DNA from: Alphaproteobacteria bacterium
Lineage (GTDB): Bacteria; Pseudomonadota; Alphaproteobacteria; Rhodobacterales; Rhodobacteraceae
DNA length: 64,000 nt
Direction of reading: 5' to 3'
Assembly: GCA_030148665.1 (NCBI GenBank)
Contig: JASBSZ010000008.1
Location: 7,284-71,283, forward strand
The notes below the pieces were generated by a model that worked only from the letters and a program-made list of their open reading frames with translations, did no database searches and was not told the DNA's origin. Shown here piece after piece: positions 36,458-47,200 of the stretch. Numbering within the stretch: the stretch's first letter is position 1; each line of letters begins with the position of its first letter. Both the position numbers and the translations under genes were made by a program.

Positions 36458-38467
36458 ATGGCTGTGGGCAAGGTCGAAATCGAGCCATGGGAACCCGAGG
36501 AAACGGTCGGGAAACTGTGGCACGCATTTGCCAGCCGTCTCGATGCGCCCCAAGCGCATCACGAGTCCGCGGTCGATCTGACACAGATCGGTGGACGGCT
36601 GGCAGTCTTTTTTCGCGGTCTCGGCGGGGATCATTCGGTCGAGATCCGCCCGGCGCGCGCCGAGCGCAGCCAGCATCGGCTGCGCCTGCTGCGCCGTCTG
36701 GGGGCGGATGCGGAAACCGTTCCGCGCGCCAGTTTCGACGGTGAAATCCTGCGCCTTCCCGAACAGCTGGCGATCTTTCCCGCGCGCGAGGCCAATGCCG
36801 CGCTGTATCTGTGGCTGACAGCCAGCATAGCCCATGTCGGCGTGCCCGCCACCGGCGGGGGCACAGGTCCGTGGTGGATGGGCAAGAAAGGCGCCAGCCT
36901 GATTGATGACCCCGACCCGCTGCGTCGGGATCTTGCGTCGCTGGCTGCTGCGCAGGCCATGGTTGCCGCAACGCTTGAGAATGCCCCCGGTCTGCGCCCC
37001 CTCTATCGTGATCTCTGCCAGGCCCTGCTAGGCCTGCGCCAGACCGCCCAGTTGCCCCGCCATGAGGCGGCGGTCGAGGCCATGCTGCGCCATTTCCTCG
37101 GCGACAGGGCGCCATTGCCCCCGCTTGCGGCCGAAATGAAGGATTGCGTTCTTTCCACGGCTGCGGATTTCCCCCTTCCACGCCTGAGGGCGCCGCGCCG
37201 ATACCGCCCCTTTGCCCCCGTGGCCCTGTGGCCGGATCTGCGGCCGCTGACCTTCAGCGCCCCCGACACCGTCGAGAGCCGCGACACCGACGGCACCCCC
37301 GAAGAGGCCACCGACGGCATCCACCGCGCGCGGCGGCGCAAATCCGACCAGGCCGAGCGCAGTGACAGCCTGATCCTGCACAAGTTCGAATCCATCCTCA
37401 GCTGGGCGGAATTCCTCAACCTCAACCGCCGCGTCGATGACGACGACCCGGACAACGCGAAAAAGGCCGCCGACGATCAGGATGAAATCGGCCTTGGCCA
37501 GATCTCCAAGGCACCGGCGACGCGGCTGAAACTGCATCTCGACCTTGCCCCCGAGGATGTGGACCGCGAGCGTCTTTCCGGCAAGGTGACATACCCCGAA
37601 TGGGATACGCGCACCGGCGCCTACATGCCCGATCATGTCTGCGTGCTGACCAGCCGGGCCGATGCGGGCGACGACATTCCGTCATTCCGCGCCGATGCCG
37701 CCAGCGCGCGCCGCATCCGCCATGTCCGCCGCCAGTTCGAGGCGCTGCGCCCGCGGCGTATCTTTACCCCCGGACATCTGGACGGGGACGAGCTGGACAT
37801 GGACGCCGCTGTCCGCGCGCAGGTCGATCTGCTGACCACCGGCATCGGGAATGAACGCATCTGGCGCCAGTCCCGCCCGCAGGCGCGTGACCTTGCGGTG
37901 ATGATCCTGCTGGACGTGTCGCGTTCCACCGAAAGCGCGGTTGGTGGGCGGGCCGTCATCGACGTCGAGCGCGAGGCCCTTGCGGCGCTGGCCTGGGGGC
38001 TGGATGCCAGCGGCGACGATTGCGCGATCAACGCCTTTTCCTCGCTCAAGCGCCACCGCGTCTATGTGCAGAACTGCAAGCGTTTCGATGAAAAGATGGG
38101 CGAGGCGGTGGAATCGCGCATCGGTGCCCTGCGGCCTGGCTTTTATACCCGCCTGGGCGCCGCAATCCGCCATTCCTCGGCCGAGCTTGACCGCGCCGCG
38201 CGCAAGCGCAAGCTGCTGCTGGTCATCACCGATGGCAAGCCCAACGACCTTGATCACTATGAGGGCCGCCACGGCATCGAAGACACCATGATGGCCGTGC
38301 GCGAGGCCCGCCGGGCAGGCCAGGCGGTGTTTGGCGTGACGGTGGATCGCGACGCCAAATCATGGTTTGCGCGCATGTTCGGCCCCGGCGGGTTTTCCGT
38401 GATCCCGGATCCGGAAAAGCTCACCCAGGCCCTGCCGCAGATCTATCGCCAGCTGGTCGCAGGCTGA
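36458..38467 (+). CDS. norD: NorD, von Willebrand factor A domain NOR maturation protein
   Basis: 669 aa. C-terminal VWA domain with MIDAS LLDVSRSTES. Confidence 0.85.
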   Translation: MAVGKVEIEPWEPEETVGKLWHAFASRLDAPQAHHESAVDLTQIGGRLAVFFRGLGGDHSVEIRPARAERSQHRLRLLRRLGADAETVPRASFDGEILRLPEQLAIFPAREANAALYLWLTASIAHVGVPATGGGTGPWWMGKKGASLIDDPDPLRRDLASLAAAQAMVAATLENAPGLRPLYRDLCQALLGLRQTAQLPRHEAAVEAMLRHFLGDRAPLPPLAAEMKDCVLSTAADFPLPRLRAPRRYRPFAPVALWPDLRPLTFSAPDTVESRDTDGTPEEATDGIHRARRRKSDQAERSDSLILHKFESILSWAEFLNLNRRVDDDDPDNAKKAADDQDEIGLGQISKAPATRLKLHLDLAPEDVDRERLSGKVTYPEWDTRTGAYMPDHVCVLTSRADAGDDIPSFRADAASARRIRHVRRQFEALRPRRIFTPGHLDGDELDMDAAVRAQVDLLTTGIGNERIWRQSRPQARDLAVMILLDVSRSTESAVGGRAVIDVEREALAALAWGLDASGDDCAINAFSSLKRHRVYVQNCKRFDEKMGEAVESRIGALRPGFYTRLGAAIRHSSAELDRAARKRKLLLVITDGKPNDLDHYEGRHGIEDTMMAVREARRAGQAVFGVTVDRDAKSWFARMFGPGGFSVIPDPEKLTQALPQIYRQLVAG

Positions 38468-38597
38468 CCCCGCCCCTGCCCCGGCAGCCTGGCACGCAAG
38501 GATACGCGAATCTTCTTCATGTGGTTACTTTTTTGTGCCTACTTTCACTGTGTCACCAGTGCTCCTATTCTCATGTAGCGCATCGGACAATGCGATC

Positions 38598-39452
38598 ATG
38601 CGCACCCGGATGGCAAACCAGACAGGGAGCAGAGCCTTGCAACGCGAAATCGTGGAAATTCTGAAAGGCGTGGAAACCTCCGACGGGGCGGGCGTCAGCC
38701 TGATCCGCTATATCGGCGGGCCTCAACGCGACATGCTCGATCCCTTTCTGCTGCTCGATTTCTTTTCCTCCAGTGATCCCGACGACTATATCGCCGGTTT
38801 TCCCGAGCACCCCCATCGCGGGTTCGAAACCGTTACCTACATGCTGGCCGGGCGGATGCGCCACCGCGACCACATGGGCAACGAAGGCGTGATCGGCCCG
38901 GGCGACGTGCAGTGGATGACGGCCGGGCGCGGTGTGCTGCACTCGGAGATGCCCGAACAGCAGGACGGGCTGTTGCAGGGCTTTCAGCTGTGGGTGAACC
39001 TGCCCGCGCGGGACAAGATGATCGCCCCCGCCTGGCACGAGTTCAACGCGCGGCAGATCCCCCACGAGGCCATCCCTGGCGGCGATATCGCGGTCATCGC
39101 CGGGCGTACCGATGCGGGCACGACGGGGCCGGTTGCGGGCATTGCAACCGCACCCCTGTATCTGGATGTCAGGCTGAACGGCCGGTTTGAACAGCATGTC
39201 CCCGAGGGGCACAACGCGTTCATCCACGTCATCGAAGGCCGGGTAAACGATGTGCCGGCCGGTCATCTGGGCGTGTTCGGCCCTGGCGACCGGGTCGCGC
39301 TGGAGGGCGATGACGCCCGTTTCCTGCTGGTCGCGGCGCAGCGGCTGGATGAACCCGTTTCCCGCGCAGGACCCTTTGTCATGAATACCCGCGAGGAACT
39401 GCTGCAGGCCTTTGACGATTATCGCGCCGGGCGCTTTGCCGGAGGGGCATGA
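38598..39452 (+). CDS. Pirin-family bicupin protein
   Basis: HPHRGFETVTYML cupin metal motif. Start uncertain: ATG 38598, ATG 38610, or TTG ~38637, which has the best SD (AGGGAG). Confidence 0.8.
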   Translation: MRTRMANQTGSRALQREIVEILKGVETSDGAGVSLIRYIGGPQRDMLDPFLLLDFFSSSDPDDYIAGFPEHPHRGFETVTYMLAGRMRHRDHMGNEGVIGPGDVQWMTAGRGVLHSEMPEQQDGLLQGFQLWVNLPARDKMIAPAWHEFNARQIPHEAIPGGDIAVIAGRTDAGTTGPVAGIATAPLYLDVRLNGRFEQHVPEGHNAFIHVIEGRVNDVPAGHLGVFGPGDRVALEGDDARFLLVAAQRLDEPVSRAGPFVMNTREELLQAFDDYRAGRFAGGA

Positions 39453-40411
39453 TGGGACTGCTCGTTGACGGAAAATGGCAGGACAAGTGGTATGACACCC
39501 GCGAAACCGGCGGCAGATTCAAACGCGACCGAGCGCGCTTTCGCAACTGGATCACCCCCGACGGCAGCCCCGGACCCACCGGCGAGGGCGGGTTCAAGGC
39601 CGAATCCGGGCGTTATCACCTGTATGTCTCGTATGCCTGCCCCTGGGCCCATCGCACCCTGATCTACCGGCGCCTCAAGGGGCTGGAAGAGATGATCACG
39701 CTGTCGGTCGTCAACCCGCTGATGCTGGAACAGGGCTGGACATTCGCCGCCGCCGACGGGGTGATCCCCGACCCGGTGATGGGGGCCGAATTCCTGCACC
39801 AGATCTATACGGCCGCGCAGCACGACTATACCGGGCGCGTCACCGTGCCGGTTCTGTGGGACCGGGAAAGGGAAACCATCGTTTCCAACGAGTCCGCCGA
39901 CATCATCCGCATGTTTGCCACCGCCTTTGACGGCATCGGTGCAACACCGCTGGAACTGAGGCCCGCGGCGCTGCGCACCCGGATCGACGCGCTGAACGAC
40001 CGCATCTACCGAACCGTCAACAACGGCGTCTACAAGGCCGGTTTCGCAACCTCGCAACAGGCCTATGGCGAGGCCGTCACCGAGCTGTTCGACAGCCTCG
40101 ACTGGCTGGAATCGATCCTGGAAACCCGGCCATACCTGACCGGGGCCCGGATCACCGAGGCCGACTGGCGTCTGTTCACGACGCTGGTGCGTTTTGACCC
40201 CGTCTATGTGGGTCATTTCAAGTGCAACCTGCGCCGCATTGCCGACTATCCGGCCCTGTCACGCTATCTGAACGATCTCTACGGGCAGCCGGGGGTTGCC
40301 GGGACGGTGCGCATGGATCACATCAAGACCCATTATTACGGCAGCCACCCGACGATAAACCCCTCGGGCATCATCCCCATCGGCCCGCAGATGCGCCTCG
40401 GCCCCGCTTGA
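39449..40411 (+). CDS. yqjG: Xi-class glutathione S-transferase / glutathionyl-hydroquinone reductase
   Basis: 320 aa. GRYHLYVSYACPWAHRTL (CPWA catalytic motif). The start overlaps the pirin stop (ATGATG). Confidence 0.8.
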   Translation: MMGLLVDGKWQDKWYDTRETGGRFKRDRARFRNWITPDGSPGPTGEGGFKAESGRYHLYVSYACPWAHRTLIYRRLKGLEEMITLSVVNPLMLEQGWTFAAADGVIPDPVMGAEFLHQIYTAAQHDYTGRVTVPVLWDRERETIVSNESADIIRMFATAFDGIGATPLELRPAALRTRIDALNDRIYRTVNNGVYKAGFATSQQAYGEAVTELFDSLDWLESILETRPYLTGARITEADWRLFTTLVRFDPVYVGHFKCNLRRIADYPALSRYLNDLYGQPGVAGTVRMDHIKTHYYGSHPTINPSGIIPIGPQMRLGPA

Positions 40412-40476
40412 CGCCAGCCGCCAGCCCGCAGATGCCCGCACGCAAGATGGCGCGGGCCCGCACGCGGACATGACGC

Positions 40477-41286
40477 TCAGTTGTCGGGGGTCTGTGCGAA
40501 CATGTCGATTCCCTCGATATCGGCGGCCCTGACCAGCTCGGCCACCAGTTCGCGCGCGGCATCGAACCAGGCCAGTTTTTCCAGGTCTTCATGGATCTGC
40601 TCGCGCACCGTCTCGAAAGGCAGCAGTCGGCCCTCGGCCAGCCGGTCGAGGCGCAGGACATGGACGCCAAAGCGGGTTTCAAGGGGTTCCTGAGCTATCT
40701 CGCCGACCTCCAGCGTTCTGAGGACGGCCTCGAACTCGGGTGCCGTGTCGCCGGCGCGAAGCTGCCCCAGCCGGCCACCGTTTTCGGCCGATGTACAATC
40801 CGAGTTCTTGCGCGCCAGCTCTTCGAAACCTGCGGGATCCTCGCGCAGCGACGCGATCATTTCCTCGGCCATGCCGCGTGCCCGGGCGCGGGCCTCGGTG
40901 TCATCGGGGCGCGCGGCCAGCAGGATATGCGACGCCTCGAACAGATCGGGCGAGCAATAGCGCGCGGGCGCCTTCCGGTAAAAGCGTTCGACATCCTCGT
41001 CGGTGACCTCGCGCGGCTCGACCACCTGATCCATCCAGGCGCGGACCAGCGCCTCTTCATCGGTTTCGATGCGCGTTTCGTCCAGCTTTTCGGGGGCCGG
41101 GATGGCCCCGGCCTCGGTTGCCGCCTGAAACAGCAGCTCGCGCACGACCAGGGCACGGGCCGCCTCGCGCCACGAGAAGCCGGGCTTGCCCGGAGGGGCC
41201 TTGTGGTTCTGGGCCTCGGCGGCGATATACGCCGCCGAGATTTTCTTGCCGTTGACGATGACGTCCGGCATGAGTGGTTTACCCAT
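40477..41286 (-). CDS. PpiC/parvulin-type peptidyl-prolyl isomerase encoded downstream of narI
   Basis: 269 aa. Rotamase motif ...DCTSAENGGRLGQLRAGDTAPEFE... Starts 6 nt after the narI stop. Confidence 0.75.
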   Translation of the reverse strand: MGKPLMPDVIVNGKKISAAYIAAEAQNHKAPPGKPGFSWREAARALVVRELLFQAATEAGAIPAPEKLDETRIETDEEALVRAWMDQVVEPREVTDEDVERFYRKAPARYCSPDLFEASHILLAARPDDTEARARARGMAEEMIASLREDPAGFEELARKNSDCTSAENGGRLGQLRAGDTAPEFEAVLRTLEVGEIAQEPLETRFGVHVLRLDRLAEGRLLPFETVREQIHEDLEKLAWFDAARELVAELVRAADIEGIDMFAQTPDN

Positions 41287-41291
41287 CGTAT

Positions 41292-41975
41292 CTACGCCTT
41301 CTTGCGCCGGGTGCGCACGATCTGATAGCCGGGCCGCCAGAGATAACGCACCGGCGCCGAGAGCATGTGCACGAGGCGGGTGAACGGAAACAGGATGAAG
41401 ATGGTCAATCCCAGCACGATGTGCAACTTGAAGATCAGGTCCACATCCTTGATATAGCTGGCCGCGTTGGGATCAAGGGTAAAGATGCCGTTGGCCCAGG
41501 CCATGAACTTGACCACACCGCCATCGGACAGCTCGGCCAGCGAGAACGGCACCGAGATCAGCCCCAGCGCCAGCTGCGCGATCAGCACCAGCAGGATCCC
41601 CGTATCGGCAAAGCTCGAGGTTGCGCGGATACGCGGGTCTGTCAGACGCCGATGGGCCAGCATCAAGGCGCCGATCAGCGCGATCGAGCCGAACACGCCC
41701 CCGGCAACCGCCGCCAGCAGCTGCTTGGCCTCTGCCTCGATACCAAGGAATTCATAGACCCTGATCGGCACCAGCAGGCCAAAGAAATGGCCGAAGAACA
41801 CGAAAAGAACCCCGACATGAAACAGGATCGAGCCCCATATCAGCTGTTTGCGCCGCAGCAACTGGCTGGAGCTGGATTTCCATGTATAGGGGTCGCGTTC
41901 ATAGCGGGCGATCGAGCCGACCAGCAACACGGTCAACGCGATATAGGGGTAGGTTCCGAAAAAGAACTGGTTCAT
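41292..41975 (-). CDS. narI: Respiratory nitrate reductase gamma (haem b) subunit
   Basis: ORF trimmed to ATG 41975 (AAGGAGG SD; MNQFFFGTYPYIALTVLLVGS...). 5-TM NarI sequence. Confidence 0.9.
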   Translation of the reverse strand: MNQFFFGTYPYIALTVLLVGSIARYERDPYTWKSSSSQLLRRKQLIWGSILFHVGVLFVFFGHFFGLLVPIRVYEFLGIEAEAKQLLAAVAGGVFGSIALIGALMLAHRRLTDPRIRATSSFADTGILLVLIAQLALGLISVPFSLAELSDGGVVKFMAWANGIFTLDPNAASYIKDVDLIFKLHIVLGLTIFILFPFTRLVHMLSAPVRYLWRPGYQIVRTRRKKA

Positions 41976-41985
41976 GGTCGCCTCC

Positions 41986-42702
41986 TTATCCTTTGGCGGC
42001 AGCCGCGGCGGGCTGATTGATGACGGGGTCCATTCTGGCCAGCACGTCGCGCGTGACCGGGCAGCCGGCATTGGGGTCGGGGCCAAAGGTGATTTCGGCC
42101 TCGGCCCAGACGGCATCGAGCGCGGCAAGGTCCTGCGGGTCGTCCTCGTCCACCTTCAGCAGCTCCTGCACCAGCTCGGACGATTTCTCGACCCCGGCAA
42201 ATTCGGCCAGCGCCGCGAACACCGCCGCGTAGGGGCTCTCGCGCCGCTGCAAGCGTTCCGCCAGCGCCGCGATGATGTGGCCTGCATCCAGCAGCATCTC
42301 GCGCGCATCATCCAGCGGGCGGGTGGAAAGATACTCCAGCAGGATCGGCAGATGGTCGGGCAGCTCGGTGCTGACCAGATCGAAACCGCCGGCACGGTAG
42401 GTTTCCAGCAGGTCCACCATGGCCGGGCCACGATCGCGGCTTTCGCCATGCACATGCTCGAACAGGTTGAGGCTGAGCGTGCGCGAGCGGTCGAACAACA
42501 GCACATAGCGTTCCTGCAGATCGTAAAGATCAAGCTCGGCCATCTCTTGCAGAAGCGGCTTCAGCGATGCCCGGGCCGAAGGCGAAAGGATCGCCTCGGC
42601 CTCCAGTATCGCGCCGATCTCGGGCGCAGCCGCGCGCAGCTCTTCGCTGGGATAGCAGAGCAGCGCGGACAGTGCCTTGAAGGTTTTCACCTGGACAGAC
42701 AT
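41986..42702 (-). CDS. narJ: Nitrate reductase molybdenum cofactor assembly chaperone
   Basis: ORF trimmed to ATG 42702, overlapping the narH stop (TGATG). NarJ/TorD-like sequence. Confidence 0.85.
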   Translation of the reverse strand: MSVQVKTFKALSALLCYPSEELRAAAPEIGAILEAEAILSPSARASLKPLLQEMAELDLYDLQERYVLLFDRSRTLSLNLFEHVHGESRDRGPAMVDLLETYRAGGFDLVSTELPDHLPILLEYLSTRPLDDAREMLLDAGHIIAALAERLQRRESPYAAVFAALAEFAGVEKSSELVQELLKVDEDDPQDLAALDAVWAEAEITFGPDPNAGCPVTRDVLARMDPVINQPAAAAAKG

Positions 42703-44222
42703 CAGCGCGCCCCCCCGGTCGGAACCACGAACTTGCGGCTGCCGAACAGCTTGCCCCCGCCGGTACCGGTCGAGCACTGGTTGGTATCGGTAAAGCCGCA
42801 GCCACCGCGCAGGTCATAGGCGTCTTCGGTCAGCTCGCGATGGGTGGTGGGCACGACAAAGCGGTCTTCGTAATCGGCCAGCGCCATGATCCTGTACATC
42901 TCGTCGATCTGCGCTGGCGTCAGGCCGACACGCTGGGCGATGCCCAGATCCACGACGCCGTCGATGGTTTTCGCCCGCATGTAGCCACGCATGGCCAGCA
43001 TCCGTTCCAGCGCCCTGACGATGGGTTCCTCGTCGCCGGCTGTCAGCATGTTGGCCAGATAGCGCACCGGGATGCGCAGCGATTTCACATCGGGCACCTC
43101 GCCATCGACACCGATCTTGCCGGCCGCGGCCTCATTCTGGATCGGCGAGAGCGGCGGCACATACCAGACCATCGGCAGCGTGCGATATTCGGGATGCAGC
43201 GGGAAGGCGATCTTCCAGTCCATCGCCATCTTCCACACCGGCGAGTTCTTGGCACTGTCGATCCAGTCCTGCGGCACGCCATCGCGCAGGGCGGCGGCCT
43301 GAACCTCGGGGTCGTTGGGGTCCAGGAACACGCCCAGCTGGGCATCGTACAGCTCCTGTTCGTCCTCGACGGCGGCGGCCTCCTTGATGCGGTCGGCGTC
43401 ATACAGCATCACACCCAGATAGCGGATGCGCCCGACGCAGGTTTCCGAACACACCGTCGGCATGCCGCTTTCGATGCGCGGATAGCAGAAGGTGCATTTT
43501 TCGGATTTTCCGCTTTCCCAGTTGTAATAGATCTTCTTGTAGGGACAGCCCGAAACGCACATGCGCCAGCCGCGACAGGCCTCCTGGTCGATCAGCACGA
43601 TACCGTCCTCGTCGCGCTTGTAGATCGCGCCCGACGGGCACGAGGCCACGCAGGTCGGGTTGAGGCAATGCTCGCACAGGCGCGGCAGATACATCATGAA
43701 GGTGTTTTCATACTCGCCATAGATTTCCTTCTGCACGCCTTCGAAATTGTAGTCCTTGCCACGCTTTTCGAATTCGCCGCCCAGGATTTCCTCCCAGTTG
43801 GGGCCGTGGACGATCTTTTCCATGCGCTCGCCCGAAATCCTGGAACGCGGCTGCGCTGTCGGAAAGGCTTCCATCTCGGGGGCGGATTTCAGGTGGTCAT
43901 AGTCGAAATCGAACGGTTCATAGTAATCGTCGATCTCGGGCAGGTTGGGGTTGGCAAAGATGTTTGCAAGGATCCGCCATTTCGCCCCCTGACGCGGAAC
44001 CAGCTTGCCGCCGCGCGTGCGCGTCCAGCCGCCGTTCCAGCGTTTCTGGTTTTCCCAGTCATCGGGATAGCCGATGCCGGGCTTGGTCTCGACGTTGTTG
44101 AACCAGGCGTATTCGACCCCGTCGCGCGAGGTCCAGACGTTCTTGCAGGTGACGGAACAGGTGTGACACCCGATGCATTTGTCGAGATTCAGCACCATGC
44201 CGATTTGTGCGCGGACTTTCAT
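42702..44222 (-). CDS. narH: Respiratory nitrate reductase beta (Fe-S) subunit
   Basis: 506 aa. CIGCHTCSVTC and further Fe-S cluster motifs. ATGA overlap with the narG stop. Confidence 0.95.
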   Translation of the reverse strand: MKVRAQIGMVLNLDKCIGCHTCSVTCKNVWTSRDGVEYAWFNNVETKPGIGYPDDWENQKRWNGGWTRTRGGKLVPRQGAKWRILANIFANPNLPEIDDYYEPFDFDYDHLKSAPEMEAFPTAQPRSRISGERMEKIVHGPNWEEILGGEFEKRGKDYNFEGVQKEIYGEYENTFMMYLPRLCEHCLNPTCVASCPSGAIYKRDEDGIVLIDQEACRGWRMCVSGCPYKKIYYNWESGKSEKCTFCYPRIESGMPTVCSETCVGRIRYLGVMLYDADRIKEAAAVEDEQELYDAQLGVFLDPNDPEVQAAALRDGVPQDWIDSAKNSPVWKMAMDWKIAFPLHPEYRTLPMVWYVPPLSPIQNEAAAGKIGVDGEVPDVKSLRIPVRYLANMLTAGDEEPIVRALERMLAMRGYMRAKTIDGVVDLGIAQRVGLTPAQIDEMYRIMALADYEDRFVVPTTHRELTEDAYDLRGGCGFTDTNQCSTGTGGGKLFGSRKFVVPTGGAR

Positions 44223-47200
44223 TCTGCTGCCTCCGTTTTGGCGGGCTTGTCGAGCCAGTCGACCTTGGTCAGTTTTCTGACGATCACGAATTCATCGCGG
44301 TTGGACCCGACAGTGCCGTAATAGTTGAACCCGTATGATTGCTGGGCATAGCCGCCGATCATATGGGTGGGTTTGATGGTCGCCCTGGTGACCGAGTTGT
44401 GGATCCCGCCACGCAGGCCGGTCTTTTGCGAGCCCGGCGTGTTCACGATCTTTTCCTGGGCGTGATACATGAACAGGGTGCCTTCCTTCATCCGCTGGCT
44501 GACCACCGCGCGTGCGGTCAGGGCACCGTTGATGTTGTAGGCTTCGACCCAGTCGTTGTCCTTGATCCCGGCCTTTTTGGCATCGACCTCGGAAATCCAC
44601 ACGACCGGCCCGCCCCTGTTCAGCGTCAGCATCAGCAGGTTGTCGGAATAGGTGGAGTGAATGCCCCATTTCTGGTGCGGCGTGATGAAGTTCAGCACCA
44701 CATGCGGCTCGTTCGAGGCGGCCGAGCTGTTGACCTCGGTGGTGATGGTCTTGAGATCGACAGGCGGGCGCCATGTCACCAGGCTTTCGCCAAAGGCACG
44801 CATCCACAGGTGATCCTGATACAGCTGCTGGCGGCCCGAAAGCGTGCGCCAGGGGATCAGTTCGTGGACATTGGTATAGCCGGCGTTATAGCTGACCTCC
44901 TCGCTTTCGATTCCCGACCATGTGGGCGAGCTGATGATCTTGCGCGGCTGTGCGGCGATGTCGCGGAAACGGATCTTTTCGTCTTGGCGGGCACGCGCCA
45001 GATGGGTGTGATCGCGCCCGGTGTGATCGCCCAGCGCATCCCATGCCTTGACGGCAACCTCGCCATTGGTTTCCGGGGCCAGCATCAATATGACCTCGGT
45101 CGCATCGATATCGGTCTCGATCCTGGCCAGGCCCTCGCTGACACCTTTTTCGGTCACGACACCGTTCAGCTCCTTCAGATGCTCGATCTCGACATCGGTG
45201 TTCCAGCCGATCCCCTTGCCGCCATTGCCCAGCTTGTTCATCAGCGGGCCGACCGAGGTGAACCGCTTGTACAGGTTGGGATAGTCGCGCCTGACGGGGA
45301 TGAAGGCCGGCGCGGTCTTGCCGGGGATCAGATCGCATTCGCCCTTTTTCCAGTCGCGCACCTGATCCTGGGCCAGCTCGGCCGGGCTGTCATGCTGGGC
45401 CGGCAATGCGACAATGTCGGTTTCCTCGCCCAGATATCCCGGCACGATTTCCGAAAACTTGCGGGCGATCGCCTTGAAGATCTCCCAGTCGGATTTCGAT
45501 TCATAGGCCGGATCCACGGCCGCCTGCAGCGGGTGGATGAAGGGGTGCATGTCGCTGGTATTGAGGTCGTTCTTTTCGTACCACGATGCCGTCGGCAGCA
45601 CGATGTCGGAATAGACCGCCGTGGTGGACATGCGGAAATCGATGCACACCAGAAGGTCCAGCTTGCCCTTGGGGGCCTCGTCATGCCAGCGGGCCTCGAT
45701 CGGCTTCTGGCGGCCTTCCTCGCCCAGATCCTTGCCCATCACACCGTTGTCGGTGCCCAGCAGGTGACGCAGGAAATATTCATGCCCCTTGCCGCTGGAG
45801 CCCAGGATGTTCGAGCGCCAGACGAACATGTTGCGCGGCCAGTTGTCGGGTGCGTCCGGGTCCTCGCAGGACATTTCCAGATCGCCCGATTTCAGTTGCT
45901 GGGCAACATAGTCGGGGATCTCCTTGCCGGCCTCGCTGGCCTCGCGGGCGACTTCAAGCGGGTTTTTCCTCAGCTGAGGCGCACTTGGCAGCCAGCCCAT
46001 GCGTTCGGCCCGGATGTTCAGGTCGATCATGCTGGTTTCTTTCCAGTCACCCTCGGGCGCGATCGGGGAAAGGATTTCCTCGGGCTTGAGGGTTTCATAG
46101 CGCCACTGGTCGGTATGCGCATAGAAGAACGACGTGCCGTTCATGTGGCGCGGCGGGCGTGCCCAGTCCAGCGCAAAGGCCAGCGGGGTCCAGCCTGTCT
46201 GCGGGCGCAGTTTCTCCTGGCCCACATAATGCGACCAGCCACCGCCGGATTTGCCGATACAGCCGCACATCACCAGCATGTTGATGATGCCGCGATAGGC
46301 CATGTCCATGTGGTACCAGTGGTTCAGACCGGCCCCCAGAATGACCATCGACCTGCCTTCGGTCTTTTCGGCGTTCAGGGCAAATTCGCGGGCGACCGTG
46401 ATGATGCGGTCGCGCGGCACACCGGTAACCTTTTCGGCCCAGGCCGGGGTAAAGGGCGTGTCGTCGTCATAGCTGCTGGCCACGAAATCGCCGCCAAGGC
46501 CGCGATCGAGGCCGTAATTGGCGCAGAACAGATCGAACACCGTGGTCACCCAGGCCTCGCCATCGGCCAGCTTCAGCTTTTTCACCGGCAGGTTGCGGGT
46601 CAGGATCTCGGGGTGGTCCGTCCTGGTGAAGTTTTCCGTCGCGGCGCCGCCGAAATAGGGGAAATCCACGCCGACCACATCGTCATGGTCTTCGTCCAGA
46701 ACCAGCGACAGCGCCAGCTCGACATCCTTGCCGCCGGATTTCTGTTCAAGGTTCCATTCACCCTTTTCGCCCCAGCGGAAGCCGATCGAACCGTTGGGCG
46801 CAACCGGATTGCCGGTCTTGCGGTCAAGCGCGATGGTTTTCCATTCGGGGTTGTTGTCCTGGCCCAGGCTGTCGTCGAAATCGGCCGCGCGCAGCATCCG
46901 GCCCGGCACAAGACGGCCGTCGCGCTCTTCCAGGCGCACCAGCATCGGCATGTCGGAGTAGCGGCGGATATAGTCGGTGAAATATTCGGACTGGCGGTCG
47001 AGGTGGAACTCGCGCAGGATCACATGCCCCATGGCCATGGCAAGCGCCGCATCGGTGCCCTGTTTCGGGGCCAGCCAGATATCGCCGAACTTGGCGGCCT
47101 CGGAATAGTCGGGGCTGATGACCGCCGATTTGGTGCCGCGATAACGCGCCTCGGTATAGAAATGCGCATCCGGCGTGCGCGTCTGCGGCACGTTCGAGCC

